Assembly (NCBI GenBank): GCA_963719085.1
Contig: CAVRAL010000001.1
Location: 96,001-160,000 of the forward strand
DNA length: 64,000 nt
Direction of reading: 5' to 3'
Source of the DNA: a candidate division FCPU426 bacterium
GTDB taxonomy: Bacteria; Oederibacteriota; Muellerivitia; Muellerivitales; Muellerivitaceae
A program made the position numbers and the translations under genes. Within the stretch, counting starts at the first letter, position 1; each line of letters opens with the position of its first letter. This document shows, one piece after another, positions 27,733-37,641 of the stretch. The notes under the pieces are model-generated. The model searched no databases. It was not told where the DNA came from and saw only the letters and a list, made by a program, of their open reading frames with translations.

Positions 27733-28107
27733 ATGTCCATTCTCATCTCGCAGGTCCGTCGTAAAAAAAGAATCAAGCGCCACGCCCGCATCCGAAAAAC
27801 GGTCAAGGGATCGGCGATCCGTCCGCGTTTGGTGGTCAACCGTGGAGCCAAGAATATCGCGGTTCAATTGATTGATGACGTGAAGGGCGCGACCTTGGCG
27901 GCGGCCTCCAGCTTTGACCAGACGCTACGCGGCAAGGTCAAGTACGGCGGTAATTTGGACGCGGCGAAGGCCGTTGGCGAGCAGATCGCCAAATTGGCCA
28001 AGGAAAAGGGAATCGAAAAAGCGGTATTTGATCGGGGCGGTTATTCGTTCCATGGAAGAATCAAGGCTTTGGCGGATGCGGCTCGCCAAGGCGGGCTTCA
28101 GTTTTAA
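27733..28107 (+). CDS. rplR: 50S ribosomal protein L18
   Basis: [25 protein letters not shown]. Confidence 0.98.
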   Translation: MSILISQVRRKKRIKRHARIRKTVKGSAIRPRLVVNRGAKNIAVQLIDDVKGATLAAASSFDQTLRGKVKYGGNLDAAKAVGEQIAKLAKEKGIEKAVFDRGGYSFHGRIKALADAARQGGLQF

Positions 28108-28149
28108 AAGCCGGATAAGCACCAGCACCAAAAGGGAAAAAGGATTTTT

Positions 28150-28662
28150 ATGGCCATGATTGACTCGAGCAAGTTTGATCTGAAAGAAAAAGTGGTAAAC
28201 ATCAACCGCGTCGCCAAAGTGGTGAAGGGCGGACGCCGGTTCAGCTTTTCCGTTTTGGTGGTGGTCGGGGACGGACATGGGCATGTGGGCGCCGGCACGG
28301 GTAAAGCCAGCGAGGTTCCGGACGCGATCCGCAAGGCCGTTGAGGACGCTAAGAAAAACCTGATCGAGGTTCCTTTGAAGTCGACCACGCTGTTTCATGA
28401 AATCGTGGGCGTGTTTAAAGCTTCCCGCGTGATGCTTCGCCCAGCCGCGCCGGGAACGGGAATCATCGCGGGCGGAGGCGTGCGGGCGGTTTGTGAGCTG
28501 GCCGGCATCCATGACGTTTTGACCAAATCCATCCGTTCGGACAATGTGTTCAACGTGGTGCAGGCGACCTTGACGGGCCTCAGGGCTATTCGTTCGCCGG
28601 AAACCATCTCCAAGCTTCGGGGCAAATTAGTGGAAAGCTACGTGGGAGCGTCCAAATCATGA
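28150..28662 (+). CDS. rpsE: 30S ribosomal protein S5
   Basis: [25 protein letters not shown]. Confidence 0.98.
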   Translation: MAMIDSSKFDLKEKVVNINRVAKVVKGGRRFSFSVLVVVGDGHGHVGAGTGKASEVPDAIRKAVEDAKKNLIEVPLKSTTLFHEIVGVFKASRVMLRPAAPGTGIIAGGGVRAVCELAGIHDVLTKSIRSDNVFNVVQATLTGLRAIRSPETISKLRGKLVESYVGASKS

Positions 28663-28835
28663 GCGAAATTAAAATTCAACTGATCAAGAGCTTGAACGGG
28701 CGTTTGCCCCGTCATCGCCGGATCGCGGAAGCCTTGGGGCTCAATAAGATCCGCCAGACCGTGGTGAAGCCGGATACCCCGGTGATCCGCGGCATGGTTG
28801 AGAAAATCGGCTATTTAGTCGAAGTTAAAAAATAA
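28659..28835 (+). CDS. rpmD: 50S ribosomal protein L30 (58 aa, absent from ORF track)
   Basis: Hand translation [58 protein letters not shown]; lies between rpsE and rplO. Confidence 0.95.
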   Translation: MSEIKIQLIKSLNGRLPRHRRIAEALGLNKIRQTVVKPDTPVIRGMVEKIGYLVEVKK

Positions 28836-28849
28836 AGACATCGAGGACT

Positions 28850-29293
28850 ATGGTTATGAAGATGAATGAATTAAAACCAGCCCATGGCGCCGTTCGCCGC
28901 CGCAAAATCGTCGGAAAAGGCCCGGGCTCGGGACATGGAAAAACCTCTACCCGCGGTCATAAGGGTCAAAATTCCCGCACCGGTGGCGGCGTTCGTTTGG
29001 GTTTTGAAGGCGGTCAAACACCGCTTTACCGCCGGATTCCGATTCGGGGTTTTAAAAGCCGCAACCTGGAAGTTCCCTCGGTCGTCAATTTGGATAAATT
29101 GTCCTTGTTTGACAACGGAACCGTGGTCACCCCGGTGGAGCTCAAAGCCAAGGGGTTGGTCCGCAATATTCATCAAGTCAAAATCTTGGGAAAAGGCGAA
29201 ATCAAGACCAAATTGACCGTCAAAGCCCACGCGTTCAGCGCCTCGGCCATTGAGAAAATCAAGGCCGCCGGTGGAATGACGGAGGTTTTGTAA
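28850..29293 (+). CDS. rplO: 50S ribosomal protein L15
   Basis: [25 protein letters not shown]. Confidence 0.98.
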   Translation: MVMKMNELKPAHGAVRRRKIVGKGPGSGHGKTSTRGHKGQNSRTGGGVRLGFEGGQTPLYRRIPIRGFKSRNLEVPSVVNLDKLSLFDNGTVVTPVELKAKGLVRNIHQVKILGKGEIKTKLTVKAHAFSASAIEKIKAAGGMTEVL

Positions 29294-30622
29294 GTGCTTT
29301 CGGCCTTCACCAACATCTTTCGAATCCCGGAACTTAAAAGCCGGGTTCTTTTCACCTTTATGATGCTTTTGGTTTACCGCGTGGGTTGTCATATCCCCAC
29401 TCCGGGAGTCAACGCGGCGGCCCTGCAGAATTTCTTTTCTAATCAAAACGGCGGCATTTTGGGCTTCCTGAATCTTTTCTCTGGCGGCGCTTTGCGGCAG
29501 TTCTCGATTTTCGCGCTGGGGGTCATGCCTTACATCAGCATGTCCATCATTTTGCAGCTGTTGACGGCGGTCATCCCGACGCTGGAGAAATTATCCAAAG
29601 AAGGCGACGCGGGACGCCGCAAGATTACCCAATACACTCGGTATGGAACGGTTCTTCTTTGTATTGTTCAAGGAACCGGTTCGACCTATCTTTTGAAATC
29701 ATTTAATGAAAACATTGTTTACCATTGGGGGTTGTCTTTCCAAATCATCACCGTCCTCACCTTGACCGCGGGAACCATCTTTATCATGTGGCTCGGGGAA
29801 CAGATCACCGAGTACGGAATCGGAAACGGGATTTCTATCATCATCTTCGCCGGTATTGTGGCCAGCTTGCCGGGACAAATATTCAACACCTTTCGGCTTC
29901 TGCGTTTGGGCGAGGTGAATCTTTTTGGCGTGGTTTTCTTCGCGCTTTTCACGGTGGCCATGATCGCCTTCATTGTCATTCTGCAGCAGGGCGCCCGGAA
30001 GATCCCGGTCCAATACGCGACCCGAGTGGTCGGGAAGCAAGTGTTTAAAGGCCAGTCCACCCAACTGCCCTTGAAGGTCGATTATTCCGGCGTGATCGCG
30101 GTGATTTTCTCCTCCTCGATCTTGGTTTTTCCGACTACGCTGGCCCGCTATCTGCAATCGGTGGCCCCCGAAGACGGATGGTTGTATGGGGTGATGGATT
30201 TCGTGACCCGGAACTTTTCACCCGGAGCCTTTATCTATTATGTTTTGTACTCCGCCTTGATCGTTTTCTTTTGCTACTTTTACACAGCGATCGCCTTTAA
30301 CCCGACCGACTTGTCGGAAAACATGAAAAAGTACGGTGGGTTCATTCCCGGCATTCGGCCCGGGCAGCCGACGGCCGAGTTTATTGATCGCACCTTGACT
30401 CGGATCACCATTTGGGGTGCTTTGGCGGTTTGTTGCGTGGCCGTTTTCCCGGATGTGCTGACCCGTCAATTGAAGATTCCTATTTATTTCGGCGGAACCT
30501 CTTTGTTGATCGTGGTGGGCGTGGGATTGGACACGATGAAGCAAATTGAGTCCCATCTATTGATGCGCCACTATGACGGATTTATGAAAAAGGGCCGGTT
30601 GAAAGGGCGGAGCGCGTTTTAA
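29294..30622 (+). CDS. secY: Preprotein translocase SecY
   Basis: SIFALGVMPYI, WLGEQITEYGIGNGIS, FIPGIRPG, GGTSLLIVVGV. Confidence 0.99.
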   Translation: MLSAFTNIFRIPELKSRVLFTFMMLLVYRVGCHIPTPGVNAAALQNFFSNQNGGILGFLNLFSGGALRQFSIFALGVMPYISMSIILQLLTAVIPTLEKLSKEGDAGRRKITQYTRYGTVLLCIVQGTGSTYLLKSFNENIVYHWGLSFQIITVLTLTAGTIFIMWLGEQITEYGIGNGISIIIFAGIVASLPGQIFNTFRLLRLGEVNLFGVVFFALFTVAMIAFIVILQQGARKIPVQYATRVVGKQVFKGQSTQLPLKVDYSGVIAVIFSSSILVFPTTLARYLQSVAPEDGWLYGVMDFVTRNFSPGAFIYYVLYSALIVFFCYFYTAIAFNPTDLSENMKKYGGFIPGIRPGQPTAEFIDRTLTRITIWGALAVCCVAVFPDVLTRQLKIPIYFGGTSLLIVVGVGLDTMKQIESHLLMRHYDGFMKKGRLKGRSAF

Positions 30623-31278
30623 TGAGAACCATACTTTTAGGAGAACCGGGAGCGGGCAAGGGAACTTATTCGCTTGAATTGGTCAAACGCTATGGAATCC
30701 CCCAGATATCCACGGGCGATATGCTTCGCGCCGCTGTTCGGGCTGGAACCGCTTTGGGGTTAAAAGCCCAAGAATTCATGAAAAAGGGCGAATTGGTGCC
30801 GGATTCGGTCGTGATCGGCCTTATTCGGGAGCGCATTGCCCAGCCGGATGCCGCCAAAGGCTTTATTTTGGACGGTTTTCCCCGCACGGTGCCCCAGGCC
30901 GTGAGCTTGGATGAAACCTTATCCGAATTGGGCATAAGCCTGTCTTCGGTGTTTAAAATTGAAGTCAGCCGGGAGACCTTGATCAAACGCCTGACCGGCC
31001 GGCGGGTTTGTAAGACTTGCGGAACTACCTATAACATTGATACCATGCGACCCCTTAAAGAGGGGATTTGTGACAAGGATGGCGGCGAGCTGATCCAGCG
31101 TCCGGATGACATGCCGGCGACCATTGAAAACCGCTTGTCGGTTTACCATAAGGACACAGCGCCCCTCATCGAGTATTACGAGAAAAAGGGTTTGCTCCGC
31201 CGGGCGTCTTGTGAGGGTGAGTATGAGGATGTGATCGCTCGTATTTTCGCGGCTCTGGAAAAGGGTGCGGCCGTTTAG
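30622..31278 (+). CDS. adk: Adenylate kinase with Zn-type LID
   Basis: GEPGAGKGT, ISTGDMLR, LDGFPRT, CKTC...CDKD. Confidence 0.97.
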   Translation: MRTILLGEPGAGKGTYSLELVKRYGIPQISTGDMLRAAVRAGTALGLKAQEFMKKGELVPDSVVIGLIRERIAQPDAAKGFILDGFPRTVPQAVSLDETLSELGISLSSVFKIEVSRETLIKRLTGRRVCKTCGTTYNIDTMRPLKEGICDKDGGELIQRPDDMPATIENRLSVYHKDTAPLIEYYEKKGLLRRASCEGEYEDVIARIFAALEKGAAV

Positions 31279-32030
31279 TGATTACGATTAAGTCAAAAGA
31301 CGAATTGCAGCTGATGCGAAAAAGCGGAAAAGTGGTCGGGGACGCGTTGGTTGAGTTGGGCCGGCGGATTAAGCCGGGCGTGACGACGGATGAGTTGGAC
31401 CGGTTCGCTTTTGATTTTTTTAAGAAGAATGACTGTGTTCCGGCTTTTAAGGGATATCACGGCTACCCTTCGACCATTTGTACTTCGGTCAATGACGAAG
31501 TGGTCCATGGAATTCCGGGCAAACGGGTGTTGAACGAAGGGGATGTGGTGGGGGTGGACATCGGGGCCTTCTATAAAGGCTACTGTGGTGATTCCGCCAG
31601 AACTTTCGCGGTCGGGAAAATTAGCCCGGACGCTAAAAAGCTTCTGGAAGTTACCGCGAAAGCTTTAGATAAGGGTATCGAGCAGTGCCGGGTGGGAAAC
31701 CGAATCTCGGATATCGGCCACGCGGTCCAGGAATATGTGGAGGCGTTCGGCTTTACGGTTGTCCGGGATTATGTGGGACACGGGATCGGCCAGGCCATGC
31801 ACGAGGAACCGCAGGTTCCGAATTACGGAAAGCCCCATCAGGGGCCGAAGATGGTGGAAGGGATGTGCCTGGCCTTGGAGCCGATGGTCAATATCGGTTC
31901 GGAAGAGGTTAGGGTTTTGGAAGACGGCTGGACGGTGGTGACGAAGGATGGGAAATGGTCCGCGCATTTTGAGGATACAGTGGCCATTTTGCCCGACGGC
32001 CCCGAAATATTGACGCGAGTTAACCCTTAA
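31278..32030 (+). CDS. map: Type I methionine aminopeptidase
   Basis: [32 protein letters not shown]. Confidence 0.97.
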   Translation: MITIKSKDELQLMRKSGKVVGDALVELGRRIKPGVTTDELDRFAFDFFKKNDCVPAFKGYHGYPSTICTSVNDEVVHGIPGKRVLNEGDVVGVDIGAFYKGYCGDSARTFAVGKISPDAKKLLEVTAKALDKGIEQCRVGNRISDIGHAVQEYVEAFGFTVVRDYVGHGIGQAMHEEPQVPNYGKPHQGPKMVEGMCLALEPMVNIGSEEVRVLEDGWTVVTKDGKWSAHFEDTVAILPDGPEILTRVNP

Positions 32031-32047
32031 GGGTGGTGTGGAGGAGT

Positions 32048-32266
32048 ATGGCAAAGGAAGAAGCGATTTCGGTGGAAGGGGTGGTGATTGAAGCCCTCCC
32101 CAACGCAAGTTTTCGAGTGGAATTGGAAAACAAACACGTGGTTTTAGCCCACGTGTCGGGAAAAATGAGGATGAATTTCATAAGAATTCTCCCCGGGGAC
32201 CGGGTGACGGTCGAGTTATCGCCTTATGATTTAAGCCGGGGGCGTATTACGTACCGGTTCAAATAA
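32048..32266 (+). CDS. infA: Translation initiation factor IF-1
   Basis: [36 protein letters not shown] after GGAGGAG. Confidence 0.98.
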   Translation: MAKEEAISVEGVVIEALPNASFRVELENKHVVLAHVSGKMRMNFIRILPGDRVTVELSPYDLSRGRITYRFK

Positions 32267-32307
32267 GTTAAAATTTTTTACGTTGGAAAGATAGGAAGGA
32301 TAGAAAC

Positions 32308-32421
32308 ATGAAGGTTCGTTCGTCTGTAAAACCTATTTGCGCGAAATGCAAGATCATCCGCCGTAAGCGGGTCATCCGTGTGATTTGCACTAACCCGAAG
32401 CACAAACAACGCCAGGGATAA
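32308..32421 (+). CDS. rpmJ: 50S ribosomal protein L36 (37 aa, absent from ORF track)
   Basis: Hand translation [37 protein letters not shown]. Confidence 0.97.
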   Translation: MKVRSSVKPICAKCKIIRRKRVIRVICTNPKHKQRQG

Positions 32422-32434
32422 TTGAGGAGAATGT

Positions 32435-32815
32435 ATGGCTCGCATCGCAGGAATTGATTTGCCGAAAGAAAAAAGAATCGAAACGGCTTTGACCTATTTA
32501 TTTGGAGTGGGGCTGACCCTGTCCAAAAAAATTCTGGTGAAGGCGGGGGTGAACCCGAGCGTCCGGGTGAAGAACCTAAAGGACGACGAGGTGGCCCGGA
32601 TTCAAAACGCGATTAACAATGAGAACATCAAGGTCGAAGGCGACTTGCGCCGTGAAATCAGCATGAACATCAAGCGCCTGATCGATATTGGGACTTTCCG
32701 TGGCAGCCGCCATCGGAAAGGGTTGCCCGTCCGGGGCCAAAGAACCAAAACGAACGCCCGGACCCGCAAGGGCCCGCGCAAGACGGTGGGAAGCGGTCGT
32801 AAAAAAGAAGAATAA
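32435..32815 (+). CDS. rpsM: 30S ribosomal protein S13
   Basis: [32 protein letters not shown]. Confidence 0.99.
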   Translation: MARIAGIDLPKEKRIETALTYLFGVGLTLSKKILVKAGVNPSVRVKNLKDDEVARIQNAINNENIKVEGDLRREISMNIKRLIDIGTFRGSRHRKGLPVRGQRTKTNARTRKGPRKTVGSGRKKEE

Positions 32816-32846
32816 AATTTAGAGAACAGATTTAAGGAGAAAAAGA

Positions 32847-33284
32847 GTGGCGGACGAAGTTAAGAAGAATGAACCCAAGACGGAAGTGAAAGACGACAAG
32901 GCGGCCCCGTCGGCCGCGGCCAAAAAGGGAAAAAAAGCTCCCCGGAACGGCATTGTCCATGTTCAGTGCACCTTTAATAATACCTTGGTGACCGTGACCG
33001 ACCCTAAAGGCAATGTTGTGACCTGGTCTTCGGCCGGATCCATGAACTTTAAGGGCAGTCGCAAATCAACCCCCTTCGCGGCCCAGATGGCTGCCGAGGC
33101 GGCGGGTAAAAAGGCCTTGGACGCGGGCATGAAGTCCGTTGAGGTTTACGTCAAGGGTCCGGGATCGGGCCGTGAAGCCGCGATCCGCGCCATTCAAACT
33201 TGTGGACTTCAAATTTCCTTAATCAAAGACGTTACACCTGTTCCCCATAATGGTTGCCGGCCGCCCAAGCGCCGGCGCGTATAA
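32847..33284 (+). CDS. rpsK: 30S ribosomal protein S11 with N-terminal Lys/Ala-rich extension
   Basis: [39 protein letters not shown]. Confidence 0.98.
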   Translation: MADEVKKNEPKTEVKDDKAAPSAAAKKGKKAPRNGIVHVQCTFNNTLVTVTDPKGNVVTWSSAGSMNFKGSRKSTPFAAQMAAEAAGKKALDAGMKSVEVYVKGPGSGREAAIRAIQTCGLQISLIKDVTPVPHNGCRPPKRRRV

Positions 33285-33296
33285 AGGAGCCGATTC

Positions 33297-33917
33297 ATGA
33301 GTGTCCAAGCGGTTTGCCGTATCTGCCGTCGCGAAGGTATGAAGCTTTATTTGAAAGGAACCCGCTGCGAAAGCGAGAAGTGCGCTTTCGAGAGGCGCGG
33401 TTACGCTCCCGGCCAACACGGCCAAAAACGGCGCAAAGATACCGAGTACGGCCTTCAATTGCGTGAAAAACAAAAAGTCAAACGCATCTATGGAGTCTTG
33501 GAAAAACAATTCCGCCGTTATTTCTCCATCGCGTCCCGCACCAAGGGCGTGACGGGCGAAACCTTGCTCCAATTGTTGGAGCAACGGTTGGATAACACGG
33601 TTTACCGCTTGGGCTTCGCCGAATCCCGGCGCCAGGCCCGCCAAGTGGTTCGCCACGGCATGGTGGTCGTCAACGGAAAGAAAGTCGATATTCCTTCTTA
33701 TACGTTGAAGGCCGGGGACAAAATTTCGATTCAGGATAGGTTCAAGGAGAACCCGGTCTTGAAGCGATCGGTGGAATCCTTGCAAAAGCGGGGCGTTCCG
33801 GAATGGCTGGAAGTGGACACAACCACCTTGTCGGGCAGCTTCAAAAAGGTACCGACGAAGGACGAGATCGCTCTGCCGGTTCAAGAACAGCTCATCGTCG
33901 AATTGTACTCAAAGTAA
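33297..33917 (+). CDS. rpsD: 30S ribosomal protein S4
   Basis: [34 protein letters not shown]. Confidence 0.98.
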   Translation: MSVQAVCRICRREGMKLYLKGTRCESEKCAFERRGYAPGQHGQKRRKDTEYGLQLREKQKVKRIYGVLEKQFRRYFSIASRTKGVTGETLLQLLEQRLDNTVYRLGFAESRRQARQVVRHGMVVVNGKKVDIPSYTLKAGDKISIQDRFKENPVLKRSVESLQKRGVPEWLEVDTTTLSGSFKKVPTKDEIALPVQEQLIVELYSK

Positions 33918-33944
33918 TAGGACTTATTTCAAGCGGGAGGCGTT

Positions 33945-34958
33945 ATGCAAATTGGAAATGTTCAGATTCCCAAGTTTTTAGATTATGAAAAGGAAAGCTT
34001 GTCGCCGACTTACGGCAAGTTCATCGCCGAGCCCTTTGAGCGCGGTTACGGCCAGTCCGTGGGTAATTCTTTGCGAAGGATTCTTTTGTCCTCGATTACG
34101 GGCGCCGCGGTGACCTCGGTGAAATTCGGGGGAGTTTCCCACGAATATTCCTCGATTCCGGGCGTGGTGGAAGACACCACGGAGATCATCCTGAATTTAA
34201 AAGAACTCAAGATCAAATTGTTCGGCAACGGCCCCAAGACCCTGCATTTGACCGTCAAGGGCGAGCGCAACGTGGTGGCCGCGGATATTAAAACCGACGC
34301 CGATGTTGAGATTCTGAACCCCCAATTGCATTTGGCGACCTTGACCGAGGATGACGCGGTTTTGGATGTTGAGATTGAGGTGGCGGAAGGCCGGGGTTAT
34401 TCCCCTTCGGAGCGCAACAAGCGGGAAGGACAAGCGATCGGCGTGATGCCGGTGGACTCTATCTTCACCCCGGTTTCCCAGGTCAAGTATTCGGTGGAAT
34501 CGGCCCGTATCGGCCAGGTCACGGATTATGACAAGCTGATCATTGAAATCTGGACCGACGGACGCATTCACCCCGAGGACGCCATGGCCCACGCGGCCAA
34601 GATCTTGCGCGACTCTCTGCAGATCTTTATCAACTTCGAGGAAGAGCCCGTCCAACAAGATGACTCCGTCAGCGAGGAAGAAGAGCGGCTTCGCGAGCTT
34701 TTGAGCGAAAGTGTGGAAGAATTGGAGTTGTCGGTTCGCTCCGCCAATTGCTTGAAGACGGCCAACATCAAGACCATCGGGGATTTGGTCCGTAAGACCG
34801 AGTCCGATATGTTGAAGTACAAAAATTTTGGCCGCAAGTCCTTGAACGAAATCAAGGAAATCCTGAACGGCATGGGCCTGTCCTTTGGAACCGATGTGGA
34901 TGGGATTCTGGCCAAGGGAAAAACCGGCGTTGCCTCCCGAGTGGAAGTTAAAGTCTAA
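33945..34958 (+). CDS. rpoA: RNA polymerase alpha subunit
   Basis: EPFERGYG..GNSLRRILLSS, LELSVRSANCL, NFGRKSLNEI. Confidence 0.99.
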   Translation: MQIGNVQIPKFLDYEKESLSPTYGKFIAEPFERGYGQSVGNSLRRILLSSITGAAVTSVKFGGVSHEYSSIPGVVEDTTEIILNLKELKIKLFGNGPKTLHLTVKGERNVVAADIKTDADVEILNPQLHLATLTEDDAVLDVEIEVAEGRGYSPSERNKREGQAIGVMPVDSIFTPVSQVKYSVESARIGQVTDYDKLIIEIWTDGRIHPEDAMAHAAKILRDSLQIFINFEEEPVQQDDSVSEEEERLRELLSESVEELELSVRSANCLKTANIKTIGDLVRKTESDMLKYKNFGRKSLNEIKEILNGMGLSFGTDVDGILAKGKTGVASRVEVKV

Positions 34959-34994
34959 TAAACCGCGATTTGATCAGAAAGAAGAGGATTTATC

Positions 34995-35474
34995 ATGCGA
35001 CACGCAGCACACCATGGCCGGTTGGGAGTTCAACCCGCTCACCGCAGGGCGATGATCCGCAATATGGTCACGTCCCTTTTGAAACACGAACGGATCCGTA
35101 CGACCAAGACCCGGGCCAAGGAAGTGCGCCGTTACGCCGAGCAAATGGTCACTCTGGCTAAAAAAGACACGCTGGCCGCCAAGCGCCAGGTTTTGGGTTT
35201 TGTGCGGGAACGGGAAGTGGTGAACAAGCTTTTTAAAACCCTCATTTACCGTTACGCCGAACGCAAGGGAGGTTATACCCGCATCTTGAGGCTAGCTCCC
35301 CGCCCGGGCGATGGCGCGGACATGGTTTTCCTGGAATTGGTGGATCGGGCCGTGGCCGAAAAGGGCACCGAGCCGAAGAGCGATAAAAAAGCCAAGGGTG
35401 AAACGGCCGCTCCGGCGACTGAGGCCCCGGCCGAAGGCGCTAAGAAGAAAAAGGAAACGACCGCTTCCGTTTAA
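34995..35474 (+). CDS. rplQ: 50S ribosomal protein L17 with C-terminal extension
   Basis: HERIRTT..RAKE, R.GGYTRI, R.GDGA. Confidence 0.97.
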   Translation: MRHAAHHGRLGVQPAHRRAMIRNMVTSLLKHERIRTTKTRAKEVRRYAEQMVTLAKKDTLAAKRQVLGFVREREVVNKLFKTLIYRYAERKGGYTRILRLAPRPGDGADMVFLELVDRAVAEKGTEPKSDKKAKGETAAPATEAPAEGAKKKKETTASV

Positions 35475-35496
35475 GCTTTTGATTCACCCATCAAGC

Positions 35497-35534
35497 GAAA
35501 AGGCGGGCGTTTTCTTTTGACCTCGCCTTTTTTC
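35497..35534 (+). terminator. Terminator-like hairpin ending the ribosomal superoperon
   Basis: AAAAGGCG...CGCCTTTT followed by a T run. Confidence 0.55.
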
Positions 35535-35555
35535 AAGCTTAAAATGAGTCCACTT

Positions 35556-36080
35556 ATGACCTCTTCCTCATTCCATTGGTTCAAGGTTCTTTCGCTCTCC
35601 ATTTTGCTTTTATCGTTTTCAGCCGCCCGGCTTCACGCCCAATCCGACTTAGGCTTGGACGGCAGCCTGGAATCCAACCACCAAACCCATTTTTACAAAG
35701 ATCCTACCAAGGCTTTTTTGGTCAGCTTTTTCCCCGGGTTTCTTATCCATGGTTACGGGCATTTTTACGCCGAGGATAATTTAATGGGGACCGCGCTTCT
35801 AACCGGCGAAGTTCTCTCCCTAACTTCCATTGGAGCCGGATTGCTCATTAAGTCCGACACCACCACTTTTTCCGGGGGGATTTTAGGCGATTCGGCTAAC
35901 GCCAACCAAGTCGGCAGCAACATGATTATTGGCGGCGTGATTCTTTTCGCCGTGACTTGGGTTGTGGATATGGCCCACGCGCCCACGGTGGCCGAGGAGT
36001 ATAACCAAGAATTTAATCTCCAGCCGGTCGCGTCCTTAGAAAATAATCGGATGTCGCTCGCGTTAGCCTGCCGATTCTAG
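35556..36080 (+). CDS. Hypothetical exported/membrane protein (ORF open from 35517)
   Basis: Signal-peptide-like N-terminus, KDPTKAFLVSFFPG...GYGHFY motif, two hydrophobic segments. Confidence 0.7.
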   Translation: MTSSSFHWFKVLSLSILLLSFSAARLHAQSDLGLDGSLESNHQTHFYKDPTKAFLVSFFPGFLIHGYGHFYAEDNLMGTALLTGEVLSLTSIGAGLLIKSDTTTFSGGILGDSANANQVGSNMIIGGVILFAVTWVVDMAHAPTVAEEYNQEFNLQPVASLENNRMSLALACRF

Positions 36081-36162
36081 TTTTTTCCGCTTTTCCTTTC
36101 TTTCAGTTCACCTCTAGGTTCTTGTCCGATCCCCCGGTTAAAATAGCCTCAAGGAGTTACTC

Positions 36163-37590
36163 TTGAGGGATTTGCATATCATTCTGTATTTGGCGAGCCT
36201 TGTCTTTTCCCTCGTTACCGCGGGGCACGCGGTCCTTTATAAAAGGGATACGCGGGCGGCGCTGGGCTGGCTCGCGCTTTGTTTGCTGGTCCCTTGGATA
36301 GGCGGCGCGCTTTACTGGATATTCGGGGTTAATCGAGTCCAAACCCACGCGCAAGATCTTCATCGGCGTGGCCGTTGGAAATATTTAAAGGACGAAAGTT
36401 CCGGCTCGGTTAAAACCGCCGACTTAGAAGTTTCCGTACCCGCGTCTTTTGAACCCCTCCACCGTCTTTCCACCGCGGTCACTCAGCGCCCCCTCTTAGC
36501 GGGAAATCAAGTGCGCTTGCTTCGCGATGGGGAAGAGGCCTATCCGGCCATGTTGGAGGCCATCGGCGCGGCCCGCGACTGGGTTTATCTTTCTACCTAT
36601 ATCTTTGACTCGGACGAAACGGGACGCCGGTTTGTCGCGGCGCTCTCCCAAGCCGTGGCTCGAGGCGTCCGGGTCCGGGTTTTGGTGGACGCTTTTGGCG
36701 CCCAGTATTCTTTTCCGCAGGTGTCGGGTTTATTGAAAAGGGCTCAAGTGCCATTCTCGAAATTCCTGCCTTTCTCCCTGTCACTGGACCGGTTTCACCC
36801 TAATTTAAGAAACCATCGAAAGATGCTTTTGGTGGATAACCGTATCGCCTTCACCGGCGGCATGAATATCGGGGACCGGCACCTGGCGCAAAAGCTTCCC
36901 CGCCAAGGACGGGTCAGCGACCTTCATTTCGCCTTGACCGGCCCGGTGACGCAGGAATTGCAGAATGTTTTTTTGGAGGATTGGTTTTTTTCCTCGGGCG
37001 AATCGATCGCGCCGGCGGCGGCGGCCGGTCCTATGTCCGGCGAGGTCTTGGCCCGGGTGGTGAGCAGCGGCCCAAATGAGGATTTTGAGAAACTCAGTTG
37101 GATTTTATTAGGCGCTTTGTCGGCGGCCCGTGAAAAAGTAAAAATTATCACGCCTTATTTCGTGCCCGACCGGGTGATGATATCCGCGTTAAACGCCGCG
37201 GCCTTGAGGGGCATCCGCGTGGAAATCATTCTGCCCCAAAAAAACAACCTACCTTTTGTGGGTTGGGCCAGCCGGGCGCTTCTGGGGGAAATGCTCGAAA
37301 AGGGCGTCCACTTTTATTATCAGCCGCCTCCCTTTGCCCATACCAAATTGATGGTGGTGGATGGCTATTATGGATTGATTGGCTCCAGTAATTGGGACGC
37401 CCGCAGTTTTAGGCTGAATTTTGAGTTGGATGTTGAAACTTACGGCTTGGATTTCGCGGGGGATTTGGAAGGCTATTTTCAAGCGGTTCAAGCCCGCGTG
37501 CGCCCGGTCACCCTCGAGGACCTTCGCCGGGATTCTTTCTTTTCCCGGTTTCGAAACGCTTTTTTCAACCTGTTTTCCCCTTATTTGTGA
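36163..37590 (+). CDS. cls: Cardiolipin synthase (PLD superfamily)
   Basis: N-terminal TM pair, two HKD motifs (NHRKMLLVD, HTKLMVVD), TPYFVP, GSSNWD.RS..LNFE. Confidence 0.92.
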   Translation: MRDLHIILYLASLVFSLVTAGHAVLYKRDTRAALGWLALCLLVPWIGGALYWIFGVNRVQTHAQDLHRRGRWKYLKDESSGSVKTADLEVSVPASFEPLHRLSTAVTQRPLLAGNQVRLLRDGEEAYPAMLEAIGAARDWVYLSTYIFDSDETGRRFVAALSQAVARGVRVRVLVDAFGAQYSFPQVSGLLKRAQVPFSKFLPFSLSLDRFHPNLRNHRKMLLVDNRIAFTGGMNIGDRHLAQKLPRQGRVSDLHFALTGPVTQELQNVFLEDWFFSSGESIAPAAAAGPMSGEVLARVVSSGPNEDFEKLSWILLGALSAAREKVKIITPYFVPDRVMISALNAAALRGIRVEIILPQKNNLPFVGWASRALLGEMLEKGVHFYYQPPPFAHTKLMVVDGYYGLIGSSNWDARSFRLNFELDVETYGLDFAGDLEGYFQAVQARVRPVTLEDLRRDSFFSRFRNAFFNLFSPYL

Positions 37591-37641
37591 CCTTGGCATT
37601 GGGTTTGCCGGAACCCGTAAACGGGATTAAAATGTGTCTTT

